From positions 1 to 36,702 of the forward strand of contig CALKYI010000067.1 in the NCBI GenBank assembly GCA_938003665.1: a DNA stretch of 36,702 bases, given 5' to 3'. The notes beneath the pieces were generated by a model. That model was given only the letters and a program-made list of their open reading frames with translations. It did not search any database and was not told the DNA's origin. The position numbers were made by a program, and so were the translations under genes. The number at the start of each line of letters is the position of its first letter. Position 1 is the stretch's first letter. The DNA is from an uncultured Flavobacteriales bacterium (lineage in GTDB: Bacteria; Bacteroidota; Bacteroidia; Flavobacteriales_D; Sanyastnellaceae). Shown one piece after another: positions 1-8,208 of this stretch.

Positions 1-198
1 GCATTTCCAGCCGTTGTCGTTCGCGTACAACACCAGCCGGTGGATGCCCAAGTTTTCCGCCAACGTCACGCGGTATTGCTCGAGGAGTTCCGCTTCAGTG
101 GCGCGCGCGTTGATGCCCTGCGTCACATCGAGCAACGCATTCAGCTTGTAATCTTGGACCTCGAGCCGTTGCTCAAGCCGTTCGACGCTGTGGGCCAT
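1..198 (-). CDS. 5' part (66 codons) of a gene running off the left edge; the N-terminus resembles the sensor (GAF-like) N-termini of Bacteroidota SpoIIE/PP2C-family phosphatases
   Basis: Not in the ORF track because it is truncated. Hand translation of the reverse strand from ATG 198..196 gives MAHSVERLEQRLEVQDYKLNALLDVTQGINARATEAELLEQYRVTLAENLGIHRLVLYANDNGWKC, open to position 1. The ATG lies 4 nt after the efp stop (205..203). The family call is from memory of similar N-termini, not from a search. Confidence 0.45.
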   Translation of the reverse strand, partial: MAHSVERLEQRLEVQDYKLNALLDVTQGINARATEAELLEQYRVTLAENLGIHRLVLYANDNGWKC

Positions 199-202
199 GG
201 GG

Positions 203-769
203 TTACTTTTTGACGCGCTCGACGTACTCTTTGTTGCGGGTGTCGACTTTCACAAAGTCGCCGATGTCAATGAACAGCGGCACGCGGATTTCCACTCCCG
301 TATCCGTGGTTGCCGGCTTCAAGGTGTTGGTAGCCGTATCGCCCTTGATGCCGGGCTCGGTGTACGTGATTTCGGCCTCGACATGGGTCGGCAAGTCACA
401 GCTCAACACGCGCTCTTCGTCGGCGTGAAATTGCAGCTGACACACCAATCCATCCTTCAGGAATTCTGGCGCATTGATCACATGGCGCTCGATTGGAATC
501 TGCTCAAACGACTCGAGGTTCATGAAGAAAAAACTCTGGTCGTCGTTGTAGAGGTATTGGTATTCGCGGGTCTCAATCCGCACGGGGTCAATCTTCACCC
601 CCGCGTTGAAGGTGTGATCAACCACCTTGCCTGTTTGCAAGTTTTTCAGCTTGGTCCGAACGAATGCCGCTCCTTTGCCCGGCTTGACGTGCAGGAATTC
701 AATGATCTGCCACAGGCCGTTGTTGTGGTTCAACACGAGGCCGTTCTTGATGTCAGAAGTCGTTGCCAT
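203..769 (-). CDS. efp: Elongation factor P
   Basis: ORF 203..802(-), trimmed to the ATG at 769..767. This gives MATTSDIKNGLVLNHNNGLWQIIEFLHVKPGKGAAFVRTKLKNLQTGKV..., a full-length EF-P-like sequence of 188 aa. Confidence 0.95.
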   Translation of the reverse strand: MATTSDIKNGLVLNHNNGLWQIIEFLHVKPGKGAAFVRTKLKNLQTGKVVDHTFNAGVKIDPVRIETREYQYLYNDDQSFFFMNLESFEQIPIERHVINAPEFLKDGLVCQLQFHADEERVLSCDLPTHVEAEITYTEPGIKGDTATNTLKPATTDTGVEIRVPLFIDIGDFVKVDTRNKEYVERVKK

Positions 770-798
770 AAATCGATAGTCTTTTGGCGAAGATAGCG

Positions 799-2286
799 TC
801 ACAAGCTCATGCGGATGGACAAGCTCAATTCAGTTTGTGCAGAGGTCAATGTCAACATATTGCCGCTGATTTCCCCTTCGGCCGGACGATTGGAACGCAC
901 CATGCCCACCAACCACGTCCATCCAGAAGGGTGTTTGCGTTGGAGTACCGACGCCAATCGATACCCGGAACCGGAAATCATTCGATACGAAGTTCCTGTC
1001 CAGGATGGCTCTGGAATGTAGGCTCGTCGACCGGAATCCAACGTCCAGACCGTCACGCTTTGTTTAAAACGCCAAGCGCCAAATCGATGGGACATGAAGG
1101 CGCTCATCGCTCCCGGTCCTCCTTCGTCGGCAAACGGCACCACTGTGAAACGAAGGACCAGTGGATCCGATTTCCAATGCCCGCGAAATTCCAGCCGTTG
1201 GCTCGATCGCGCGTCCGGTCCCTCGGTTTGCGCTGCGCGCCAGTGCACCTCGATGGCCTTCCCCTCCGGCCATTCCCTCCGGCATTTGACCCATAAAGGA
1301 TGCACTTCGTCTCGGTTGCTCCACGAAACGTGCCATCTGAGGAGGCAATCAAATGCTTCCCATTGGCCCCCTGCTGAAGCCTCCCATTCCAGTCGGGGCG
1401 AGCCGTTGGGCTTGAAGGCTTCGAATCGCATCCGAGCCTCGCGGTGGCGGTGGCGCACCCATTGGCAAGCACCACTCCACGCCCACCCATCGCGCACACG
1501 ACCTAGCTCGGAAATCCAGTGACTCACGCCCGATAGTCTCTGTGCAAATGCGGTCACTGCCGGTTGCATCCCCGTGAAGTGGGCGATGATGCCCGACTGG
1601 CCTCCGCGGCTCACGACCGCTGCAACGTTTCGCTCGCGAACATCGATGCTCAATGTGGTTGCGACTGGCCCGTCGCGGTGCAATGCCACCCCGTTCCGAG
1701 CACCCTGCACTGCCGGCCCCCACATCGGTGCAAATCCATACTGGACCGGCAATGCAAATGAAGGGGCGTCCAAACCAGCAAACAGCGCTCCTTCCCTCAT
1801 CAGGGTGCGGTTGCCCCATCCCAACCGATGCCCCCCGGCCAGCGCTTGCCATCGACATCTGCGTCCTGGCATCTGCATATAACCCGATATTGACTCTGCT
1901 TCCTGATCCCAGCGCACCCCCCATTTTCCCGGATTCCGCAGGCGGATCGAATGAAGCGCTTGACCGCGGCCGAGCCGGACTTCTGCCGAAGGACTTCTGT
2001 TGCGCGTAGTGTGGTGCACTTCCTGCACCAAGTGTTGCCAAGCCTGGCTCTGCATCAAAGCGCGCGCGGCTCCTTGGGTCAGCCCCTCAATGGCCCAAGC
2101 CTCCTCGATGGCGATGGGGAATCCTGTTCGCTCTACGTGGTCCAAAATGCGAAGTCGTTCTTGCCCGCTCAGCCACCCCAAATTCACCTGTTCAGTCAAT
2201 GCGGCACCCAATTCCTCCAACTGCGCGTGCAGCGGATTGGAAGGGACTCCGATCAGCATCCATAGAATCAGTCGTACGGGTTTCAC
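799..2286 (-). CDS. Exported, Trp/Arg-rich uncharacterised protein with an N-terminal ComEA-type helix-hairpin-helix-like repeat; possibly a beta-rich or OM protein
   Basis: Longest ORF (799..2376) in a stretch where other frames give only short junk ORFs. The track start would overlap the upstream gene by 88 nt. A GTG at 2286..2284 lies 2 nt after the upstream TGA (2291..2289) and gives a signal-like VKPVRLILWMLIGVPSNPLHA|QLEEL. The segment LSGQERLRILDHVERTGFPIAIEEAWAIEGLTQGAARAL resembles the HhH repeat of uncharacterised Bacteroidota HhH proteins (recall). I count about 26 Trp in about 495 aa. Confidence 0.6.
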   Translation of the reverse strand: MKPVRLILWMLIGVPSNPLHAQLEELGAALTEQVNLGWLSGQERLRILDHVERTGFPIAIEEAWAIEGLTQGAARALMQSQAWQHLVQEVHHTTRNRSPSAEVRLGRGQALHSIRLRNPGKWGVRWDQEAESISGYMQMPGRRCRWQALAGGHRLGWGNRTLMREGALFAGLDAPSFALPVQYGFAPMWGPAVQGARNGVALHRDGPVATTLSIDVRERNVAAVVSRGGQSGIIAHFTGMQPAVTAFAQRLSGVSHWISELGRVRDGWAWSGACQWVRHRHREARMRFEAFKPNGSPRLEWEASAGGQWEAFDCLLRWHVSWSNRDEVHPLWVKCRREWPEGKAIEVHWRAAQTEGPDARSSQRLEFRGHWKSDPLVLRFTVVPFADEGGPGAMSAFMSHRFGAWRFKQSVTVWTLDSGRRAYIPEPSWTGTSYRMISGSGYRLASVLQRKHPSGWTWLVGMVRSNRPAEGEISGNMLTLTSAQTELSLSIRMSL

Positions 2287-2288
2287 CT

Positions 2289-3017
2289 TCAGCACGCTTC
2301 CATCCCCAATGCCAAGCACATCCCTTGGTGACGCACCCCATAGAGGATTCCAAAAGACCAGCGGTACACCCCCCATTCTCGGCTACCAAGGACACCCATG
2401 AATCCCGGCAGCATGCGCCAAATGAGTCCTACGTGCGAGTAGGCATCCAAGCGGGCCAACCACTGCCATTCCAATGCAACACCAGCGGAAGTCCACGTGC
2501 ACCGGGCTTGCACCTTTTGTTCATTGCGCTCGGCAATGCCCTGCAACCGAACCATCAACTCTTCTCGGGCTTGAACCTGGGGCACACGACCTTCCGGAAC
2601 AAATGACATGCCGAGTATGAAAGCTTGCCCGTTTTTGCCGTCCCCTCGCAGGGACACATGCAGGTTGGGACGTAACGTCCCTCGGACATCCCCGGTCAGC
2701 AGCCACCGTTGAGCTAAGCCGCCCATTCGCACTTGAGCAGAGACATGAGGTGATAGCCGGACCTGTGGACCGGCGCAAACGGACAACCGGCTGAATGTCC
2801 CTATTTGGGTGAAGCCCATAGCCAAGGACCAAGGCTCACTCAGGTGCCCTCCGTAGTTGAAGGAGACTGTCCCCCCCGCACTCCACGATTGCACCCGCGC
2901 AAATCGAGATTGGATCCAAGGCACCTCCAGCATCCAACCCGGTTGCTGTCCCAGAACGACCACCGGCCAAGCAACCGCCATCACCAACCCCATCACCCCT
3001 TGCATCAATCCCCCCAT
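2289..3017 (-). CDS. Small exported Trp-rich uncharacterised protein (about 242 aa), possible small beta-barrel
   Basis: ORF 2289..3029(-). The track start at 3029 is a TTG; the first ATG is 3017..3015 and gives MGGLMQGVMGLVMAVAWPVVVLG|QQPGW, a signal-like segment with Gln at +1. I count about 12 Trp. No family recognised. The plus-strand ORFs here (2199..2606, 2805..3278) translate to P/R/S/H-rich junk. Confidence 0.5.
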   Translation of the reverse strand: MGGLMQGVMGLVMAVAWPVVVLGQQPGWMLEVPWIQSRFARVQSWSAGGTVSFNYGGHLSEPWSLAMGFTQIGTFSRLSVCAGPQVRLSPHVSAQVRMGGLAQRWLLTGDVRGTLRPNLHVSLRGDGKNGQAFILGMSFVPEGRVPQVQAREELMVRLQGIAERNEQKVQARCTWTSAGVALEWQWLARLDAYSHVGLIWRMLPGFMGVLGSREWGVYRWSFGILYGVRHQGMCLALGMEAC

Positions 3018-3073
3018 CCGAGGCGGCAAGTTGGCATGATGACATCAACTCAAGGCACGAAATGCAGGAACGG

Positions 3074-4606
3074 CTACTCGCGTTTTACAGCTGGCGCGCT
3101 CACCCAGTTCAACCCCTCGAGAACTGGAGCGTCAGCATCACCGGATTTCCATTGCCCTTCCGGGCGATCCAGCAAAACAATGCGTTGGACTGCACCGTCG
3201 TTAAAGTCCATCCGCATCTTGCTGCACAGCGACTGGTTGAATTCACCGCACGGCTCATCGGCCTCGCTATCGAAATAGACCGACTGCGCGTTCCCATTGA
3301 CCCAAACAGCATTCAGCGTGTTCGAGGCAAACCGCCCGGTGATTTCCCGACCGGCAATTTGCTGGTAACACATCCCACTGTCCACAGGCATCATCAAGCT
3401 GGCGTGACCCGCTGCCCGGAGCGATTCAGGTCGATTATCCTCTACGGTCCACTCCAACGAATCGGACTGTAGCAACCAGCCTTCCATCCACATTTTTGGC
3501 CGCTGCAACAATTGAACGCGGTCTGCATCGGTGTCCCAAATAAGCGTATCGCAGGAGGCTGCCGCATCGCCTTGGCTCAACTCAACGGCTGGCCATACCG
3601 TCGTCATTCCACCAACGACCGAAATGGTATCTGCAACCAATTTCAGGGTGTCTTCCTCGGCCGCATCGATCCAACAAGCGCGCCGCTCAGGCTTCCCGGC
3701 CACCCACACGTCGAAGTCTTCCCCGCGGTCCAAGCGTTCCGCGTAATGCCCTGACAATGTCCAATGCTCCAAGGTATCCGTGATGTCCACATCACCTACT
3801 GCAGTGGCGGGGAGCAAGGTGTCCGGCGGAAGGTGCACGCTGTCGGCCTCGAGCCACACCTCGTCATTGCGCAATCGTACACCAGGAGCGCCGACGCCTC
3901 CAAACCAACCCGACTCGTTCTCCACATCAAACTCGCCGCTGCTGCACCGCAATTCGAACCGTTCATCTGTTGTGCGCAGGTGACTCGGACCGTGAAACGA
4001 AAATTCATCCACTTCCTCGCGCCAATGCAAACTGTCGGAGTCCAAGGTATAGTCCGCATTGTCCATGTGCACCGCACCTCCGAGCATGAGCAAAGCCTCC
4101 TTGGCTCTGTACTGCCCGCGTTGAAACTCGACCGATCGACCGGCATCCTGCAATCGTCCACCCGAGGGCAACAAGGCCACTTCCCGCTTCAAGTGGTACC
4201 GCAAAACGGCACACGTCAATTGCCCGGCCTCGGCATCCAGCTGCACGCGACGGTCCGCGTTGGATTTTGCACGCACCCACTGGGTTTCCGGGTTCAGTTC
4301 CATCTCATCGGCCTGCAGTGTCTGAGGGCCATCCGTTAACCGAACGCCGCCCATGGTCCGAAACGTTCCATCGTCATACCGCCAGGCGCTATCGCACCGC
4401 AAGCGGCTCTCGTCCATCCCGAGGACAACCCCTCCAATCAACCGCTGCACATCGGGTTGCGAGCGGTCACGCAAGATGGCGTCCGCTTGCAAGATTTGGA
4501 TGCGAATGGGCTCGCTTTCTTGCGCTGTTGCAACCAAGGCAGCAGCTCCGGCCAGCCACAAAAAGAGGGCGCGCAAGCGATTTTGATGAGGGCATCCGAA
4601 ATTCAT
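3074..4606 (-). CDS. OstA/LptA-like periplasmic protein with repeated OstA-N-type beta-jellyroll segments (510 aa)
   Basis: ORF 3074..4795(-), trimmed to ATG 4606..4604 because the upstream 63 codons read antisense through tRNA-Leu. Signal peptide MNFGCPHQNRLRALFLWLAGAAALVATA|QESEP. Motifs such as IRIQILQADAILRDRSQPDVQRLIGGVVLGMDESRLRCDSAWRYDD and CYQQIAGREITGRFASNTLNAVWVNGNAQSVYF resemble Bacteroidota OstA-like proteins. Confidence 0.7.
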   Translation of the reverse strand: MNFGCPHQNRLRALFLWLAGAAALVATAQESEPIRIQILQADAILRDRSQPDVQRLIGGVVLGMDESRLRCDSAWRYDDGTFRTMGGVRLTDGPQTLQADEMELNPETQWVRAKSNADRRVQLDAEAGQLTCAVLRYHLKREVALLPSGGRLQDAGRSVEFQRGQYRAKEALLMLGGAVHMDNADYTLDSDSLHWREEVDEFSFHGPSHLRTTDERFELRCSSGEFDVENESGWFGGVGAPGVRLRNDEVWLEADSVHLPPDTLLPATAVGDVDITDTLEHWTLSGHYAERLDRGEDFDVWVAGKPERRACWIDAAEEDTLKLVADTISVVGGMTTVWPAVELSQGDAAASCDTLIWDTDADRVQLLQRPKMWMEGWLLQSDSLEWTVEDNRPESLRAAGHASLMMPVDSGMCYQQIAGREITGRFASNTLNAVWVNGNAQSVYFDSEADEPCGEFNQSLCSKMRMDFNDGAVQRIVLLDRPEGQWKSGDADAPVLEGLNWVSAPAVKRE

Positions 4607-4639
4607 CGCCCGCAAGTTCCATCGAAATATTCGTATTCC

Positions 4640-4647
4640 TACCTTTG
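4640..4647 (+). promoter_or_regulatory. Candidate Bacteroidota sigma-A -7 box, TACCTTTG (perfect TAnnTTTG), 17 nt upstream of the tRNA-Leu 5' end
   Basis: Exact match to TAnnTTTG, read directly; orientation and spacing suit the tRNA, and possibly a tRNA-tig co-transcript. Confidence 0.45.
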
Positions 4648-4664
4648 CACCCCTTTCTGACTGG

Positions 4665-4749
4665 GCGGGTGTGGTGAAATTGGTAGACACGCTGGATTTA
4701 GGATCCAGTGCCGCGAGGCGTGTGGGTTCGAGTCCCTCCACCCGCACCA
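4665..4749 (+). tRNA. tRNA-Leu, anticodon UAG, type II (long variable arm), CCA encoded
   Basis: Hand fold: acceptor GCGGGTG/CACCCGC; D arm GTG-AAATTGGTAGA-CAC; anticodon stem CTGGA/TCCAG with loop TTTAGGA (anticodon TAG at 4699..4701); variable arm TGCCGCGAGGCGT; T loop TTCGAGT; 3' ACCA. By my fold there is one T-T mismatch in the T stem. Confidence 0.92.
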
Positions 4750-4832
4750 TTCGGAAAGCATGAACCAAAAACGCTTGAACACAGGCCATCAGCAAACGCT
4801 AACGTCATTCCCCAAGCTTTCTTACATCGCCT

Positions 4833-6188
4833 ATGCAAATCGATCGCAACCCCATCGACGAGCTCACTGCTCGACTGACCGTAACCGTCGAACCTGCGGA
4901 CTACGAATCCCGCGTTGAGAAAATCCTCAACGACTACCGCAAGAACTCCACGTATCCTGGATTCCGGAAAGGAAAAGCGCCCATGGCCTTGATCCGAAAG
5001 CAGTATGCAGCACCGGTCCTCGCCGATGAAATGAATAAGATCATTTCGGAAGAACTGAGCGCCTACATCACCAAGGAAAAGATTGAAATTCTCGGCAACC
5101 CCATTCCTGAAACCAGCACAGAAGCGTCGGGAAATTGGGAAAAGCCAGAAAACTTCACCTTCGCCTACGAAATCGGCCTCGCTCCGGAAATCAACTTGAG
5201 CTTTGGACGCAGCGCCAAGTTCACCCGCCACGTCATCAAGGTGGACAAAAAAGCCATCGAAGCTGCCGTAACCGACCACACCCGTCGCCACGGAAGCATC
5301 AGTGAACAGGAAGTCGCTTCTGACACGGATTTGCTCATCGGCCATTTCACCCAACTGAATGATGCCGGCGAGCCCCTCGAAGGCGGCATCGAAAGCGATT
5401 CAAACATCGCACTCGAACACCTCGACGACAAAAAAACCCGCAAGGCCCTGACCGGCGCGAAAGTCGGCGATACTTTTGATGTCGACCCATACAAGGTATC
5501 GCACGGTCACGATGACCTCGGAAAGATGCTCGGCATTACCCACGAACAGGTCCACGACTTGAAGGGCCAATTCCGATTCGAAGTCAAAGAAATCAAGCGC
5601 CTCACCCCAGCGGAGAACGACCAAAGCCTTTGGGACAAAGTCCTCGGCAAAGACGTGGTCAGCACCGAGAAGGACTTCCGCGAGAAAGTGGCCGAGGAGT
5701 TGACGAATCAATTCGACCGCGATGCGGAGCACATTTTCCGCCGCCGGTTCGTTGTGGACCTCATCGAGCACATGAAGATTCAGATGCCCGACGCCTTCTT
5801 GAAGCGTTGGATCCAGATGAACAATGAGAATCCACTAACCGATGAGCAGCTGGAGAAGGAATACCCCAGCTACGCTGACTCGATGCGTTGGCAGTTGCTT
5901 CAACAAGCCGTCATGAAAGACGCGGACATGCGCGTGACTGGCGAGGAACTGGAGGATGAAGCCAAAAAAGTCATCGGTGCGCAGTACGCTCAATACGGCA
6001 TGCCGCTCGAAGGCGAAATGCTCGACAACTTTGCCAAGAACGCACTCGCCAACGACGATGAGCGCCGTCGCATTGCGGACATCATCATCGAGCGCAAAGT
6101 GGTGGACAACTTGAAGCCACGGGTCACCATCAAGGACAAGAGCGTTTCGTTCGAGGACTTTGCGAAAGTGGCTGCTGAAGTCCGCTAA
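4833..6188 (+). CDS. tig: Trigger factor
   Basis: 451-aa ORF, MQIDRNPIDELTARLTVTVEPADYESRVEKILNDYRKNSTYPGFRKGKAPMALIRKQY... This is the typical trigger factor N-terminus and length, and it sits immediately upstream of clpP-clpX, the classical synteny. Confidence 0.95.
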   Translation: MQIDRNPIDELTARLTVTVEPADYESRVEKILNDYRKNSTYPGFRKGKAPMALIRKQYAAPVLADEMNKIISEELSAYITKEKIEILGNPIPETSTEASGNWEKPENFTFAYEIGLAPEINLSFGRSAKFTRHVIKVDKKAIEAAVTDHTRRHGSISEQEVASDTDLLIGHFTQLNDAGEPLEGGIESDSNIALEHLDDKKTRKALTGAKVGDTFDVDPYKVSHGHDDLGKMLGITHEQVHDLKGQFRFEVKEIKRLTPAENDQSLWDKVLGKDVVSTEKDFREKVAEELTNQFDRDAEHIFRRRFVVDLIEHMKIQMPDAFLKRWIQMNNENPLTDEQLEKEYPSYADSMRWQLLQQAVMKDADMRVTGEELEDEAKKVIGAQYAQYGMPLEGEMLDNFAKNALANDDERRRIADIIIERKVVDNLKPRVTIKDKSVSFEDFAKVAAEVR

Positions 6189-6287
6189 GGGCGGGGCAGT
6201 TGCATTGGGGTGATTTATCAAGAACACCCGTTCACAAAAGATTGCTAATCGGCCGCAAATGCGCGCGCCGAGAATGGGAAACGTCTG

Positions 6288-6295
6288 TACTTTTA
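6288..6295 (+). promoter_or_regulatory. Candidate -7 box TACTTTTA (one mismatch to TAnnTTTG), only 4 nt upstream of the clpP ATG
   Basis: Read directly as tgTACTTTTAtcacATG; same geometry as the ssb and sensor genes. Confidence 0.3.
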
Positions 6296-6299
6296 TCAC

Positions 6300-6977
6300 A
6301 TGACCGATCGCAACGAATTCCTCAAGTATGCCGTCAAAGACCGCGGCATGAGCAGCCAAACCGTACGGGACTACATCTCGCATGCCTACGGCCCTGAAAA
6401 CCTGACCCGCACCGTCATTGAAGAGCGTCAGATGCCCTTCCGCGAGGTGGATGTCTTTTCGCGTTTGATGGCTGATCGCATCATTTTCTTGGGCACGGGC
6501 ATTGACGATTACATCGCCAACATCATCCAGGCCCAATTGCTTTTCTTGGAGTCGACCGATGCGAGTAAGGACATCCAGATTTACATCAACAGCCCCGGAG
6601 GCTCCGTGTATGCGGGTCTCGGCATCTACGACACCATGCAGTACATCCGTCCGGATGTCGCCACGATTTGCACCGGAATGGCTGCGTCCATGGGAGCCGT
6701 GCTCCTTTGCGCAGGTGCTGCTGGAAAGCGAACGGGCTTGAAGCACAGCCGGGTCATGATTCACCAGCCCCTTGGAGGAGCGAGCGGTCAAGCTTCTGAC
6801 ATTGAAATCACCGCCCGTGAAATCCAAAAACTGAAGAAGGAACTCTACGCCATCATTTCCCACCATAGCGGCCAGACCGAAAAGAAGGTGTGGAACGACT
6901 CCGACCGCGATTACTGGATGATTGCATCCGAAGCCAAGGAGTACGGCATGATCGACGAGGTTCTCGAACGCAAATAA
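6300..6977 (+). CDS. clpP: ATP-dependent Clp protease proteolytic subunit
   Basis: 225 aa. Contains [74 protein letters not shown] and [12 protein letters not shown], so the Ser-His-Asp context is intact. It has the Bacteroidota-type N-terminal extension. Confidence 0.97.
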   Translation: MTDRNEFLKYAVKDRGMSSQTVRDYISHAYGPENLTRTVIEERQMPFREVDVFSRLMADRIIFLGTGIDDYIANIIQAQLLFLESTDASKDIQIYINSPGGSVYAGLGIYDTMQYIRPDVATICTGMAASMGAVLLCAGAAGKRTGLKHSRVMIHQPLGGASGQASDIEITAREIQKLKKELYAIISHHSGQTEKKVWNDSDRDYWMIASEAKEYGMIDEVLERK

Positions 6978-6988
6978 GCATCACCCCG

Positions 6989-8203
6989 ATGAGTGATACC
7001 CCCATCCACTGTTCATTCTGCGGGCGCAGCAAAGAAGACGTTGACGTCTTGATTGCGGGCGTCACCGGACACATCTGTGACCATTGCATCGAGCAGGCCG
7101 ATGGCATTTTGCGCGAGGAGAAAAAAGCCGCACCCGCTGGTGCAGCCTTCTCCCTCAAGCTTCCGAAAGAAATCAAGGAGCACCTCGATACCTACGTCAT
7201 TGGCCAAGAGGAAGCCAAAAAGACCATCAGCGTGGCGGTGTACAACCACTACAAGCGCATCCTGAACCCCACGCACGACAGCGAAATCGAAATCGACAAG
7301 TCCAACGTGATTTTGCTCGGGGAAACAGGCACCGGCAAGACCTTGCTGGCGCGCACCATTGCCCGCATGCTCGACGTCCCGTTCTGCATTGCTGACGCCA
7401 CGGTGCTTACGGAAGCAGGGTACGTGGGGGAGGACGTCGAAAGCGTGCTGTCACGGCTGCTCCAAGCGGCAGATTACAACGTTGAACAAACCGAACGCGG
7501 CATCGTCTTCATCGATGAAGTAGACAAAATCGCTCGCAAAAGCGACAACCCTTCCATCACGCGGGACGTAAGCGGTGAGGGTGTTCAGCAGGCGCTTCTG
7601 AAGTTGCTCGAAGGGGCCGAAGTGAGCGTACCCCCACAAGGCGGCCGCAAGCACCCCGAGCAGAAACTCATCTCCATCAACACGAAGAACATCCTGTTCA
7701 TCTGCGGTGGGGCATTCGCGGGCATCGAAAAAATCATCGAACGGCGGGTCAACCGCGCTTCCATCGGATACCAAAACGATGAAGACCACATCGATGACGA
7801 AAACCTGCTCCAATACGCCGCACCCGCTGACCTGAAGAGTTTTGGATTGATTCCGGAACTCATCGGTCGATTCCCGGTATTTACGCACCTGAATCCACTA
7901 GACGCATCAGCACTTCGACAGATCCTAACCGAGCCCAAGAACGCGTTGTGCAAGCAGTACATCGAGCTGTTCAAAATGGACGGCATTGACCTCAAGTTTG
8001 ACGCCTCGGGGTTGGATTACATGGTAGAGAAAGCCGTTGAATTCAAGCTCGGCGCACGCGGCCTCCGCAGCATCATGGAAGCCGTGCTGAATGATGCCAT
8101 GTTCGAGCTGCCAGGAACCGAGCAAAAGGAGCTCACGGTCACCCGCACATTCGCCGAAAAACACTTCACCGATAACCAGCAGTCCGGGTTGCGCGTGGCC
8201 TAA
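6989..8203 (+). CDS. clpX: ATP-dependent Clp protease ATP-binding subunit ClpX
   Basis: ORF 6890..8203 trimmed to ATG 6989. [33 protein letters not shown] (zinc-binding domain), Walker A GETGTGKT, Walker [10 protein letters not shown]. Confidence 0.97.
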   Translation: MSDTPIHCSFCGRSKEDVDVLIAGVTGHICDHCIEQADGILREEKKAAPAGAAFSLKLPKEIKEHLDTYVIGQEEAKKTISVAVYNHYKRILNPTHDSEIEIDKSNVILLGETGTGKTLLARTIARMLDVPFCIADATVLTEAGYVGEDVESVLSRLLQAADYNVEQTERGIVFIDEVDKIARKSDNPSITRDVSGEGVQQALLKLLEGAEVSVPPQGGRKHPEQKLISINTKNILFICGGAFAGIEKIIERRVNRASIGYQNDEDHIDDENLLQYAAPADLKSFGLIPELIGRFPVFTHLNPLDASALRQILTEPKNALCKQYIELFKMDGIDLKFDASGLDYMVEKAVEFKLGARGLRSIMEAVLNDAMFELPGTEQKELTVTRTFAEKHFTDNQQSGLRVA

Positions 8204-8208
8204 GCCCC

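Noticed and set aside
197-796. 199-aa plus-strand ORF
   Set aside because: It is an exact antisense shadow of efp.
2289-2376. 88-nt overlap between track ORFs 799..2376 and 2289..3029, which could indicate a frameshifted single gene or pseudogene
   Set aside because: Each ORF has its own signal-like N-terminus ending in Gln at +1. A GTG at 2286 lies 2 nt after the upstream stop, so two coupled genes explain the data without a frameshift. This is still worth confirming by homolog alignment.
784-3278. Dense cluster of short and medium ORFs in all other frames (for example 784..1296, 1349..2041, 2000..2401, 2805..3278)
   Set aside because: Their translations are P/R/S/H/G-rich low-complexity sequence, and all are nested in or antisense to the two long minus-strand ORFs.
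4607-4795. N-terminal 63 codons of the 573-aa track ORF (MLMACVQ...RVEGLEPTRL...)
   Set aside because: This part reads antisense straight through tRNA-Leu; the ...VEGLEPT... peptide is the classic antisense translation of a T arm. The internal ATG at 4606 gives a proper signal peptide.
5835-6866. 343-aa minus-strand ORF
   Set aside because: It is antisense to the 3' end of tig, the tig-clpP spacer and most of clpP. The translation is low-complexity, and it spans an intergenic region, which is inconsistent with a real gene.
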